Source of the DNA: an uncultured delta proteobacterium
GTDB lineage: Bacteria; Myxococcota_A; Polyangia; Polyangiales; Polyangiaceae
Reading direction: 5' to 3'
DNA length: 64,000 bases
NCBI GenBank assembly: GCA_963841435.1
Contig: CAWJCS010000006.1
Span: forward strand, 128,001-192,000
Shown here: one piece after another, positions 30,718-40,835 of the stretch
Layout of the letters: each line of letters begins with the position of its first letter
How positions within the stretch are numbered: position 1 is the stretch's first letter
Program-made: the position numbers and the translations under genes
Notes under the pieces: generated by a model
Databases searched by the model: none
What the model was told of the DNA's origin: nothing
Seen by the model: only the letters and a program-made list of their open reading frames with translations

Positions 30718-32103
30718 TCAAGGCTTCGCGGCGCGAAGCGCGCGGCGGCGCGCATTGAACAGGACCGCCGTGGCCAGGAGTGGCCCCGACACCGCGATGG
30801 CCACCACGATTTGCTCGAGCGCGCCCGGGTGGCGCGGGGCTTCGAAGAAAGCCGCCTCGAACAGCGTCGTCACGGCATCGCCCGCGATGAGCACGAGCAA
30901 GAGCGCCGCGAGCCACGACCGCCAGCGCACGCCGAGCGCGAGGAGCCCAGCGCACAAAAGCACGTCGAAGACGACCCAGAACCACTGCACCCAGGGCGCC
31001 GGAAACCAGTACGCTCCGTCAACGGTGGCGAGCAAGAGCGTCCACGGAACCAAGAGCACGGCGAGCACGCGGACCACGATGGACGGCCCGCGCAGGAGCG
31101 CCTCGATGCCGTAGCGCAGGAGTCCCCGGTGGGAGAACGCGGAAAGGCTGTCGTAGACGGCCGACTGCAACGACTGCTGCGCCGGGAACGAGAGGTAAAT
31201 CGGCGTCCATTCGCGGGGTCGAAACTTGGCCTTGAACGCCTGCAGCCCCGAAAAATCGTAGAGCGCGGAGCCCCAGCGTCCGGCCAGGCGCAAGCCGAAC
31301 GGCACCTCGCCGGAGAGCGGCGCGAGCCCGAGTGTCACGTAACCGATGCCGGCGGCTTCCGCATCCCGCATCGCCGCGTCCACGAGAAGCTCGATGGTGC
31401 CATTTGGTGCATCGGGCGCCCGCACGAGGTCCTCGATGAAACGACCGTTGCGCGCGTAGACCGGAACGATGCCGGCGAGGCCCACGAGGCGCTGGCCGAC
31501 ATGCGCCAAGAGCACGGTGCGTTCCTCGGGGAACGCGTAGGGGTACACGCGCACGAGGAACCCCATCGGCGGCATGGGTTTGGTGGCAAGCCAGCGAGCG
31601 ATGAGCTTCTCAATCTCGCGACGTTCGGCACCTCCGTGATCGGCGAGCGACTCGGCCGAAGGACGCGTGACGACGACGCCTTTGGCTCGCGCTCGACGGA
31701 GCTGCTCGCGCAGGCTCGGATTCGCGGTGAGCGTTCCCTGCCACTTTTGGGGATCGAAGAGCGGCTGCTCGCCGATGAGGATCGAATCGAGCCCGCTCTG
31801 CTCGACGAAGCGGCCCTCGGTAGCGAAAAACACGGCCCGGCGCCCCGCGGCACGGGCGACCCGAATGAACCCTGCCGCCACCTCCCGCAATCGCGTCGGG
31901 TCGGCGATGGGCGCGCCCGCGGCGACCCAGGCGCGCCCCGTGTCCACGTAAGCGACGCAAGCGTCGTCATCGACGAACCAATACTCGAACCCGGGCTCGA
32001 GGATCTGGAAGGAGGTCGCATTCCAGCCGAAGCGGCGGAGCACGTCGAGCACCCGTGGCTCCGGCGGCTCAGGTTCGTGACTCGGAGGAGGGGAGGTAGA
32101 CAC
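30718..32103 (-). CDS. DUF2156 (MprF/LPG-synthase C-terminal-like) protein with C-terminal TM helices
   Basis: WVAAGAP, RAPDAPNGTIELL, TLGLAPL, YDFSGLQAFKAKFRP.W.PIY. Confidence 0.85.
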   Translation of the reverse strand: MSTSPPPSHEPEPPEPRVLDVLRRFGWNATSFQILEPGFEYWFVDDDACVAYVDTGRAWVAAGAPIADPTRLREVAAGFIRVARAAGRRAVFFATEGRFVEQSGLDSILIGEQPLFDPQKWQGTLTANPSLREQLRRARAKGVVVTRPSAESLADHGGAERREIEKLIARWLATKPMPPMGFLVRVYPYAFPEERTVLLAHVGQRLVGLAGIVPVYARNGRFIEDLVRAPDAPNGTIELLVDAAMRDAEAAGIGYVTLGLAPLSGEVPFGLRLAGRWGSALYDFSGLQAFKAKFRPREWTPIYLSFPAQQSLQSAVYDSLSAFSHRGLLRYGIEALLRGPSIVVRVLAVLLVPWTLLLATVDGAYWFPAPWVQWFWVVFDVLLCAGLLALGVRWRSWLAALLLVLIAGDAVTTLFEAAFFEAPRHPGALEQIVVAIAVSGPLLATAVLFNARRRALRAAKP

Positions 32104-32170
32104 GAAAGCAACCGCTCCACGCGAGCCTACCGCCGATCACCTCGCGCGCGAGGGGCTCGAGGCCGTGGGG

Positions 32171-32244
32171 GGCTACCACCTCCACTACCCGAGTCGCCGG
32201 CAACGTTCTCCCGCGTTCGCCTTGCTCGTCGACGCGCTACGCCT
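32171..32244 (+). pseudogene. Orphan 3' tail of a LysR-type regulator
   Basis: Translates GYHLHYPSRRQRSPAFALLVDALR, a typical CrgA/PgrR-like LysR C-terminus; no upstream gene body. Confidence 0.7.
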
Positions 32245-32310
32245 CAAGGAGAGGTCACGCCCAACGCCAAACAAGACACGCGCTCCTCGCTCGTCTATCT
32301 CGTGGGCGTC

Positions 32311-32938
32311 ATGAGCTGGAGCAGGGTAGGCAGCCTCGGGCTTTTCGGGACGCTTTGCGTCTGTCAGTGCGGTCCCTCCGTGGCTTCCCGACGGGACGGG
32401 TGGGCTCGCCGCTCGGTACGTGTCCTGGGAGCCGACGACGAAAGCGGTGCCGCGTCAGACCGGAAGCTCGCGTACGAGTACCTCCGGCAGAGCCTTTGCG
32501 GTGGCGGACCGCGCGTCAGGCAGCGACGCTGTTGGCACTCGACCCGAGAGCTCCAGCTACGACGGTCTCGCTGTGTCTAGTATGTCCCCGGAATGGAGCT
32601 ACGCGTGCGATAGCTGCCGGTGCGAAAGGGGCGCAGAACCACCGCCAGCACCGAGCAGAGCGCGGACCCAACCACCACCGCGGCCGCCCGGCTCGCCGCT
32701 TGCCGATATCTGTCGGATCGATCCGGCGGCGTGTCCGCCACCGGTCCCGCCCGACGGACCGTGGGGAAAGTGGGGAGGGTGGGCTTGCATGACGCTACTG
32801 ATAGCCGATTGCCCCGGTCGTCCAATGCCGCCCGCGGTGCGTCCGCCGACCTGCGTCGGCAAGCAGACGCCCAACGAGCCGCTCGCGGAGGCGTTCGCTC
32901 GTTGCAAGGAGCAGGAGCGCCTCTTTCGGTCGCGCTGA
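32311..32938 (+). CDS. Hypothetical Cys/Pro-rich putative lipoprotein (apparent frameshift near 32386)
   Basis: Signal-like MSWSRVGSLGLFGTLCVCQC joins ORF 32420-32938 after a frame change. Confidence 0.4.
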
Positions 32939-32968
32939 GCGCCGGCTTTGCGTTGGTCGGGCGAGCGC

Positions 32969-33556
32969 ATGCTTGCTCGAAGCCCGGTCTCGCACGAGAA
33001 TGAGGGTATCAACATGCTCACCCAAGTCGTCCCCGAGGGTCAGGTCCTCGTCTACGATGGCGTGGGCATGCTCTTCCGCGGGGACGTCTGCGTCATCGTC
33101 TATCAGAAGGCGGCGCGACTCGAACGGACGCGGTGGCTCTTCGATGTCGTCGAGAACTTTCTCGCGGGCACCGATACCGACCTCCTGGCCTTCATGCTGG
33201 TCCTGCCGAGCGCGGACCCGCCTGATGCGGAGACGCGCCAAGAGAACACGGACCGGATGCGACGGCTCGGCCCCCGCATCCGACGGCTCGTGACCACGCC
33301 GATCGGCAACGCGTTCAAGGTCAACGTGGTGCGGGCGATCATGCGAGGCCTCAACGTGGTGCTCGGCAATCGGGACAAGCAATTCATCGCCGACACCGTG
33401 GACCAGGGCCTGATGCGTTTGCTAGAAGCCACGAGCGAACGGACGCCGACCATCCAGCAAATGCGTGCCGACATCGCGGCCATCTACCGAGAGCTCGGCG
33501 AGTCGGAGCCGAGGTTTCCGACCATCCCCCCAGGCACCCGCAACAGCGAGGGGTGA
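32969..33556 (+). CDS. Hypothetical protein, STAS/SEC14-like alpha/beta domain
   Basis: VLPSADPPDAETRQ...VVRAIMRGL pattern common in myxobacterial small proteins; codon bias. Confidence 0.6.
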   Translation: MLARSPVSHENEGINMLTQVVPEGQVLVYDGVGMLFRGDVCVIVYQKAARLERTRWLFDVVENFLAGTDTDLLAFMLVLPSADPPDAETRQENTDRMRRLGPRIRRLVTTPIGNAFKVNVVRAIMRGLNVVLGNRDKQFIADTVDQGLMRLLEATSERTPTIQQMRADIAAIYRELGESEPRFPTIPPGTRNSEG

Positions 33557-33633
33557 GTTGGGATTTGGCGCCCCGAAACGCGCTCGGGATCACCGCCCGT
33601 GCCGGACTGGGGGGTCTGTGATAACGAAACCGC

Positions 33634-34320
33634 GTGGCGCCGACTGCCTCTGCCTCCTCTTCCCCGGTGTCGTCGTCGACCGATGAGCGGAGCCTCCGCC
33701 TGCGAAGGGCCCTGCTCCTTTTGTGGGCGGTTCCCTTCGCCCCGCTCTTTGGCGTGCTCCATCCCCATCTGCCCGATCCGCCGATCCACCGCAGCTTGCT
33801 CGGTGCCGCGGTGTTTGCCGCCACGGCGCTCCCGGCCTTTTGGCTGCTCGGGCGCGAGAAAAAGAAGGCAATCTGGATCTGGCGGATTGTCTTCGTGGTG
33901 TGGGGGCTCCTCGTTCTTCCCGTACTGCTCACGGTCGCGGAGGGCATCGCCGCGGAGGGTTGGCCTACTGGCAGACAGAACGAGCCCGTGGCCCGTCTCT
34001 TGACCCTGGTGCTCTTGCTCACCGTGCCTGGGTTTCTGACCGGCCTTTTCGCGCTGCTGAGGACCCATCGCGTGACGAGCGCGCTCGCGCTCGCGACCGG
34101 TGTGCTCTATCTGGTAAACGGTGTGCTTCTGATCCGAGCCACGGCTGCCTCCGGGGGATGGTGGTTCAGCGTCGACAACGTTTTGAACATCATCCTCTCG
34201 GGCGCCAAGCTGGGGTCGTACCTGTCGATCCCGGTCGGACTTTTGCTCATCGCCGGCGCGATCGTGACGTTTCGAAGCGCCAGGGACCACGCCGCCCCGA
34301 CGCGCAGCCGAGCAGCGTGA
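33634..34320 (+). CDS. Hypothetical integral membrane protein (about 6 TM)
   Basis: Multiple hydrophobic helices. Confidence 0.7.
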   Translation: MAPTASASSSPVSSSTDERSLRLRRALLLLWAVPFAPLFGVLHPHLPDPPIHRSLLGAAVFAATALPAFWLLGREKKKAIWIWRIVFVVWGLLVLPVLLTVAEGIAAEGWPTGRQNEPVARLLTLVLLLTVPGFLTGLFALLRTHRVTSALALATGVLYLVNGVLLIRATAASGGWWFSVDNVLNIILSGAKLGSYLSIPVGLLLIAGAIVTFRSARDHAAPTRSRAA

Positions 34321-34469
34321 CCGCGGCCAGCGAGCTGCCATCGCCGCGCGAAATACGACCTCGTTGCTCCCGGGTACGCCCGTGTCGGACATCGGCCTAG
34401 GCGATCACACAAGGGGCCGTCATCCGTGATCATTTCATTATTGGGGAGACAACTGATCCCCTGAGGCTC

Positions 34470-37400
34470 ATGCTAATGAGAGTGCGCGGTCGGCTGTCGA
34501 GGGTCGTTGTGGGAATTCTCCTGAGCGGGCTTTCCGCCGTAGGGTGCGGCGGGGACGACGACTTTCCGCCGGGGAGCGGTGGGGCGCGCGGCGGTCGCGG
34601 CGGGGGTTCCACGGCGGAGGCCGGTGAGGCGGGCGAAGGCGGTGCGCCGGCTAGCGGCGGATCCGGTCACGGCACGGGTGGAGCGGGACAGGAGGTCGGT
34701 GGGACTAGCGGCGTCGCTGCGGTCGGGGGCAGCGCGGGGAGGGGCGGTGGTGCGGGCGGCAGTGGAGCTGCTGGTACGGCCGGTACTCTCGGCGGGAGCG
34801 CGGGGGTGGAGCCGAGCGCCGGAACGGCAGGGGTCGACGCAAGCGGCGGGACCGGGATGGGTGGCAGCGTGTCGAGCGGCGGTGGCGGCGGCACGGCGCC
34901 CGGCGAGGGAGGGGAAGGCGGCGCGGTTGGCGAAGGTGGAGAGGCAGGCGCCGTCGGCAGCGGTGGGTCGAGCGGCGCCACGGCGGGCACTGCCGGAACG
35001 AGCGGTGTCGCCGGAACGAGCGGCGCGGGCGGCACGATGGGCGGCACCGCCGGCACGATGGGCGGCACGGGCGGCACGACGGGCGGCACGGGCGGCACGA
35101 CGGGCGGCACAGGCGGCACGACGGGCGGCACCGCCGGCACGATGGGCGGCACCGCCGGCACGACGGGCGGCACTGCCGGCACCAGCGGCACGAGCGGTGC
35201 GGGAGGCAGCGGCGGCTCGGGCGGTGGCTGCGTTGGCCCCGATCCGTGCGACTGCGTGAAGGTCGCGCCCGACGGCGACGACGCGGCGGCGGTTGCCGCG
35301 AACGGTGCCGTGCCGTTCGCCACCCTGCAGCCCGCGATCGATTACGCTGCGGCGCACCCCGAGGTGTCGAGCAACGTCTGCGTCGCCGCGGGACCCGCGT
35401 GCGGGGCGCAGGCCACTTACTTGCTCGGCACCGCGCTGAAGCTCAAGGCCGGCGTCGGCGTCTACGGCGCCTACGAGTCCTCCACCTTCACCCGCTGCTC
35501 GACCTCGGAGACGGTGATCAGTGGGGCATCGGTTTCCGCGAAGGACGAGGTCGGCGGACCGATCGTGCTCGACGGCTTCACCGTCGATGGCTCGATTGGC
35601 ATCCTTCGCTCGAACGCCGTCACGCTCTCGAACCTGGCTTCCGTGCCCAGCATCAACGTCAGCCGGTCGACGACGGTCGCCATTTTTCGGGTGGCGATCG
35701 TCGGCGGTGGCATTCACCTCGACCAGACGACCCCGGCGACCCTCACCGAGAGCACCATCGACAGCGACGTCGACCCGACGCTCTACGGCTCCGATACGGC
35801 GCTCTGGGTCAACAAGTCCGGGGCCGTGGTCTCGGACAACGTGGTGACCGCGCTTGGTCAGGCCCAGCCGGCGGTCGTGCTCGAGGGTCGAAACACCATC
35901 ACCTTCACGCGCAACAACGTCGATGCGGCCGGCGACGCGCTCCAGGCCTGGGACGGCTACGCCGAGATCGTGGAAAACGTCGTCACGGCGGGTGGGACGG
36001 GTGTCGAGATCTACGACTGCTTGTCGGCGGGAACGTGGGTCCAAGGCAACGACATCCAGGGAGTGACGGGCTTTCGCAGCTGGGGGTATTGTGGAACGGG
36101 GCACGTGGATTCGAATCGGGTCCGGGCCACCGGCCCCGACGCGGCGGGGCTCGACTGCTACGGCGGCTGCGCCGCCTCTGGCAACGACATCAGCGTCACG
36201 GCCAACCCCGCGGCGAGCACGGCCCGAGGCGTGTTCTGCCAATTCGACTGTCGCATGACGGACAATGACGTGATCGTGGATGCCGACGGTGGGCAATCCG
36301 GCATCGACATCGACGCGGCGGACGCCGACATTCTCCGCAACCGCATTATACTCCTGGGCAGCGGGGCCGGGTCGGGGCTCGATGCCGAGGGTGGCCTCGT
36401 CGAGCGGAATCTCATCGACGCCCCTCGTGCATTGTCCATCGGTGACACGGGAGTGCGAGTCAGCGAAGCCACGCTGCGCAACAACATGATCGTCGGCAAC
36501 CTGCGCGCGCAGCCCTGGCAGCAGCCGAGCCAACTGCTCGTCGAGCACAACACCATCGTGGGCTCGCTTTTGATCGACGGTGAGGGCGGGCGATACCTCG
36601 GGAACATCGTTCGCGGCAACGTTCTTCAGGGCCCGCCCTACACGGACAACACGCCATGGCCCGTCCCCGCCTGGGACCAGTTTCTCGACAACGACCTTCT
36701 GCCCGTTGGCGCGTATTTCTTCATAGGCAGCGGCGGGATCAACGTCAGCGTGACGACGCTCAACGCCTTCAATGCCCTCTACCCGCAGGTCCCGTACTCC
36801 GCGCTCACGAGCCGCAACTTCTCGGATGATCCGCTGTTCGGTCCCGGGAAGCACCTGACGGCGGGCTCGCCCTGCATCGACCGCGGCGCTACGGCCGTCA
36901 CCGGTGACATCGACATCGACGGCGAGGCGCGCACGGGGAAAAAAGACGTCGGTGCCGACGAATATAGCGCGGGCCCGCCATGCAGAGGCTTCTCCTGCAA
37001 CGGCCCGGGGCTCTGCCTCGACATCGGGTTCGCGCCGACGTGCGACTGCGACGCGGGTTACCTCAATCCCCCCGGCGACCAGCAGAGCTGCGTGGTCGAT
37101 GCGTGCGCGGCGCCGTCTCCCTGCGATCCGCTGACCACCTGCAGCAACACGTTCCCGGGGTTTTCGTGCAGTCCGTGTCCGTCCGGATATTCGGGCAGCG
37201 GGGACACCGGGTGTTACGACCAAGACCAGTGCCTGACGAACAACGGCGGGTGCGACCCGCTCACGCAGTGCATCGACGAGCCGACGGGGCGAAGCTGCGG
37301 CCCGTGCCCGAGCGGCTACCTCGGTGACGGCGAGACCGGCTGCTTGCCCGACGATTGCTCCAGCAACAACGGCGGCTGCGATCCGCTCACCACTTGCACC

Positions 37401-38120
37401 AACGATCCAGGTGGCTCCATCTGTGGCGCGTGCCCCTCGGGTTACGTGGGTGACGGCTCGACGGGTTGCGTGGAGGTCGTCTGTGGCGACGTGACGTTCG
37501 TCGATGCGAATCTCGAAGCTGCCGTGCGCAGCGCGCTGTCGATCCCGACCGGCCCCATCAGCGGCGCAGAGGCCGTGTCGCTCCAGGTCCTCTCCGCGCC
37601 CAACCTCGGGATCACGGATCTGACCGGTCTGGAATGCTTCACCGGGCTCACTTCGCTCGGTATCGGCAACAACCAGATCACGAGCCTCATGCCGCTGGAC
37701 GGCCTGCCGAAACTCGCCTCGCTGAACGTCCTCAACAACAAGCTCGGACATCTCGTGTACTGGCCGAGCATCGTCAACCTGGACGTCGCCGGGAACTTGT
37801 TCGCGAACACCGACGAGTTCGCGGCGCTGACGACGCTTCGCACGCTCGACATCTCCACCAACTACTGGCTCACGGACCTGGATGGTCTCGCCAACCTGCC
37901 GAATCTGGATGTCGTCGACCTTCACGACACGCCGGCGTACGACCTTGGCGGGCTCATCAGCGCCCTCGGCTCGGGCAACGTCGCGTTCGTTCAGTTCATC
38001 AACACCGTGCCCGGGCCCCCGTGCAGCGTGAAGTGCTCCGCCCTCGAGGTGCACGTCGGGCTGCTCGAAGCGCACGGCGTGACGGTCTACTTCACGCCGT
38101 GTAGCTCGGTCTGTCCGTAG
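34470..38120 (+). CDS. Large mosaic lipoprotein: Gly linker, right-handed beta-helix, EGF-like repeats, internalin-type LRR
   Basis: AVGC lipobox; PFATLQPAI; HLTAGSPCIDRG..DIDGEAR..DVGADE; CxxNNGGCDPLTxC repeats; VTFVDANLEAAVR plus LRRs. Confidence 0.85.
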   Translation: MLMRVRGRLSRVVVGILLSGLSAVGCGGDDDFPPGSGGARGGRGGGSTAEAGEAGEGGAPASGGSGHGTGGAGQEVGGTSGVAAVGGSAGRGGGAGGSGAAGTAGTLGGSAGVEPSAGTAGVDASGGTGMGGSVSSGGGGGTAPGEGGEGGAVGEGGEAGAVGSGGSSGATAGTAGTSGVAGTSGAGGTMGGTAGTMGGTGGTTGGTGGTTGGTGGTTGGTAGTMGGTAGTTGGTAGTSGTSGAGGSGGSGGGCVGPDPCDCVKVAPDGDDAAAVAANGAVPFATLQPAIDYAAAHPEVSSNVCVAAGPACGAQATYLLGTALKLKAGVGVYGAYESSTFTRCSTSETVISGASVSAKDEVGGPIVLDGFTVDGSIGILRSNAVTLSNLASVPSINVSRSTTVAIFRVAIVGGGIHLDQTTPATLTESTIDSDVDPTLYGSDTALWVNKSGAVVSDNVVTALGQAQPAVVLEGRNTITFTRNNVDAAGDALQAWDGYAEIVENVVTAGGTGVEIYDCLSAGTWVQGNDIQGVTGFRSWGYCGTGHVDSNRVRATGPDAAGLDCYGGCAASGNDISVTANPAASTARGVFCQFDCRMTDNDVIVDADGGQSGIDIDAADADILRNRIILLGSGAGSGLDAEGGLVERNLIDAPRALSIGDTGVRVSEATLRNNMIVGNLRAQPWQQPSQLLVEHNTIVGSLLIDGEGGRYLGNIVRGNVLQGPPYTDNTPWPVPAWDQFLDNDLLPVGAYFFIGSGGINVSVTTLNAFNALYPQVPYSALTSRNFSDDPLFGPGKHLTAGSPCIDRGATAVTGDIDIDGEARTGKKDVGADEYSAGPPCRGFSCNGPGLCLDIGFAPTCDCDAGYLNPPGDQQSCVVDACAAPSPCDPLTTCSNTFPGFSCSPCPSGYSGSGDTGCYDQDQCLTNNGGCDPLTQCIDEPTGRSCGPCPSGYLGDGETGCLPDDCSSNNGGCDPLTTCTNDPGGSICGACPSGYVGDGSTGCVEVVCGDVTFVDANLEAAVRSALSIPTGPISGAEAVSLQVLSAPNLGITDLTGLECFTGLTSLGIGNNQITSLMPLDGLPKLASLNVLNNKLGHLVYWPSIVNLDVAGNLFANTDEFAALTTLRTLDISTNYWLTDLDGLANLPNLDVVDLHDTPAYDLGGLISALGSGNVAFVQFINTVPGPPCSVKCSALEVHVGLLEAHGVTVYFTPCSSVCP
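35031..35180 (+). repeat. 21-nt tandem repeat (GGTAGTM/GGTGGTT), about 7 units
   Basis: ggcggcac(c/g)g(c/g)cggcacga(t/c)g repeated in tandem. Confidence 0.85.
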
Positions 38121-38176
38121 CCAGCCACAGGCCTACGCTTTCAACCCGCAGCGCTCCCGTGAGCCTGCGCGCGGGC

Positions 38177-38278
38177 TCAGTACTCGCACGAGATCTTGAT
38201 GTCGGTTCCGCCGCCGCCCACGCACGTGTCGTACGAGTTGCCGCCGTTCAGCGTGTCGTTGCCGGCGCCGCCGTCGAG
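38177..38278 (-). pseudogene. Orphan 3' tail of an RTX (hemolysin-type Ca-binding) gene
   Basis: LDGGAGNDTLNGGNSYDTCVGGGGTDIKISCEY-stop with no start codon, 7 nt after the GH16 stop. Confidence 0.75.
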
Positions 38279-38285
38279 GCGAGCG

Positions 38286-39209
38286 TCACGTTCGGCGTCG
38301 GCGTGCGGCGACGAGAGCGAGCAGACTCAGCGCAGCGACCACGCCGGGCGTGCCGATCGGCCGCGAGCCACCGATACTGCACCCGCCCTCGTCGCTGGCT
38401 CCAGCCGTCGCCTCAGGCTGACTTCCAGCGTCCGGTACTGCGCCGGGTTCGGGCACTGCGCCCGCAGGACCGGTCGCGTCTTCCGCCGTGAGCGACAGCA
38501 CGGCGTAGCCGTGGACGAAGTTTACGTTGCGCGCGTCGTGGGTCGAGAGATTCTTGGGTGAGCTCCAGCTGCCGGCCTGCCACCCGGCAGGGGTGGTGGC
38601 GGCGTCGAAATCCTCGCGCCAGGCGACCGTGAAGGCTCCGTTCGCGTACGACGAGTACTGAATCCAATCGACGTACTCGTGCACGGGGAGGATGGAGGGG
38701 TCGAAGTTGCCACCGAACGAGCTGTCGCCCGGCCAGATGTTGAACCGGATCTGCATGCCGCCGGTCGCGTTGTTCGCGTAGGCGGCCGCCGCGTCGCCGG
38801 TCTCGCGCCGGACTTCCGTACCGTCGAAGAACCAGGCGAGCGCGTCGGGCGTCCACTCGTAGGCATAAACGTGGAACTCGCCGCAGGGATCCGCGGTCAG
38901 CATCGGATACTGGTTGTGAACGGCCGCCGGGTTCCCGTAGAAGGCGTTCGTCACCAGACGGCAGTCCGCGCCGATCTTCTCGTAGTCGAGCTCGTTCCAG
39001 AACGTCCCGGGCATCTCGGAGCCGTCCTTCCACAGGAAGAACGAGCCGACGACGCCGTCACCCGCGGCGAAGCGGATCCGGGCTTCCACGCGACCGTAGC
39101 CGTAGGATGCCGCGCTGTAGAGCTCCGCGCTCCGCGTCGCGTGCGCGACTCGGGGCAAAAGGATCGTTGCGACAAACAAGCAAAGCGCTCGTGCGAGACA
39201 TCTCACCAT
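38286..39209 (-). CDS. GH16 beta-glucanase with MYXO-CTERM-like tail
   Basis: YGRVEARI, WNELDYE (ExDxE), FHVYAYEWTP, C-terminal GGCSIG-TM-RRRRT. Confidence 0.9.
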   Translation of the reverse strand: MVRCLARALCLFVATILLPRVAHATRSAELYSAASYGYGRVEARIRFAAGDGVVGSFFLWKDGSEMPGTFWNELDYEKIGADCRLVTNAFYGNPAAVHNQYPMLTADPCGEFHVYAYEWTPDALAWFFDGTEVRRETGDAAAAYANNATGGMQIRFNIWPGDSSFGGNFDPSILPVHEYVDWIQYSSYANGAFTVAWREDFDAATTPAGWQAGSWSSPKNLSTHDARNVNFVHGYAVLSLTAEDATGPAGAVPEPGAVPDAGSQPEATAGASDEGGCSIGGSRPIGTPGVVAALSLLALVAARRRRT

Positions 39210-39369
39210 CCACGATCACCTACCGCCCTGGCCGTCGGTCGTCTTCGCGTTCCTTGGGGAAAGCGCGCGTCATGCGTCGCCGGCCACTTGCGCGCAGCGA
39301 TCACGGTCAGCGAATCCAGGGCGGAAAAACTCATCAGCGTCCCGCGGGCGTCACTGGCGGGCCCCGCGA

Positions 39370-40835
39370 TTCGTGGTGAGGTAGTTCGAGGAGTACTTGA
39401 AGTGCGGGATCCTCGAAGAGGGTTGTCTACACCTCGTGTGCCGGAGCTGCGGCTACTCGCAGGTCGTGGCCTTGAGCTGCAAGAAGCGCGGCTTCTGCCC
39501 GGGCTGCCTGGGCCGGCGGATGGCCGATACGGCCGTCCACTTGGAGGAGCGCGTGCTGCCGGCCGTGCGAGTGCGCCATTGGATCTGCTCTCTGCCCTGG
39601 GGCCTCAGGGCGCTGCTCGGCTACGACCGGGAGCTGTGCGCCAAGGTCGTGAGCGCGTTCGTGGGCGAGCTCTGCCGCTCGCTGAAGAGGAGAGCAAAGC
39701 GACAGCTCGGGCTCGCGAGCGTCGCGCAAGCGCACACCGGCGCCGTCTGCGCCGTGCAGAGGACGGACGGGGCCCTCCGGCTCAACGTCCATCTCCACGT
39801 GCTCTCGCTCGACGGCGTCTACGTGCGCGACTCCGAGAGCGCCGCGCTCGTGTTCGAAGAGCTCGGCACGCCCAGCCACGCCGAGGTGCTCGACGTGGCC
39901 CGGCACACCGCCGAGCGCGTCGACAGGCTGCTCCGAAAGAGCGGGCGAAGCCTCGAGCGCGAGGGCGACGACGCCGTGCCCGAGCTCGTGCTCGACGAGC
40001 CGGGGCTCGCCTCCTGCTACGCGGCCGCCGCTCAGGGCATCAGCGTGGGCGGCGAGCGAGCGGGACTGCCCCAGCTCAGGCTCGTGTTCGGCACCGGCGC
40101 CGCTGCCGAGAGAGCCGAGCCCCGCGCCGACGACCCGGTCGCCGACCACCGGGGCGTCAACGTGCACGCCAAGCAGTCCGTCGACGGCCGCGACCGACGA
40201 CAGCTCGAAAGACTCTGCCGCTATGTCACGCGGCCTCCGGTTGCACAGGACCGGCTCGCTCGCCTGCCAGACGGCTCGCTCGAGCTCCGCCTCAAGCACC
40301 CGTGGAAGGACGGCACGCGCGCCGTCGTGCTCGAACCGGATGATCTCTTGGTCCGGCTCGTCGCCTCGGTGCCCCCGCCGCGCTGGCATTTACTTCGGTA
40401 CTTTGGCGTCATCTCGAGCCATTCGCGACTGCGCTCAGAAGTGGTCCCGCATACGCCCGCTGATCCAAGTGCCACCGCGCCGCCGCCTGCTCCGGGCGAT
40501 CAGCTCGAGCTCGCGCTCGCCGCCGAGGCGGCTCGCAAGCTGCTCGCGCGCCTTGGGCTCGGTCCGCGTCCGCCGCCGGCACCCAACCCACCGCCGCTCG
40601 GGCAGCTCGCGCTGCCGTTCCCGCGGTGAGCCGGCCCAATCCGGCTTCGCCTTGGCCGAGCGTGCGTGCGCTTGCCGCCCCAAGACCCGAAAAGCCGGCC
40701 CTCTTCCGCTCCCCCTCCTGCTCTTTTGCCCTCTCGCCCCTCTCGCCTCCCCACCGCGGCGGGGTCAGGCGTCACCCACCAAAGCCTCCGCCCGCCCCTC
40801 ACCCTCGTTTTCCCAGTTCGAATGCCCTTGGCGCC
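39370..40835 (+). mobile_element. ISCR/IS91-like element, copy A1 (5'-truncated, amber stop at 39382, 126-nt internal deletion)
   Basis: Near-identical to 60463-62055; ends in the oriIS-like motif TTTTCCCAGTTCGAATGCCCTTGGCGCC. Confidence 0.9.
39397..40629 (+). pseudogene. IS91/ISCR-family transposase, truncated
   Basis: SCKKRGFCPGC zinc motif, NVHLH (HUH), LERLCRYVTRP, HLLRYFGV. Confidence 0.9.

Noticed and set aside
35031-35180. CRISPR-like array
   Set aside because: In-frame coding repeats without unique spacers; no cas genes in the window.
34473-38075. Long antisense ORFs (also 9823-12348, 52664-55216, 59666-61483 and others)
   Set aside because: Shadow frames of real genes in high-GC DNA; Arg/Ala-rich with no recognisable motifs.
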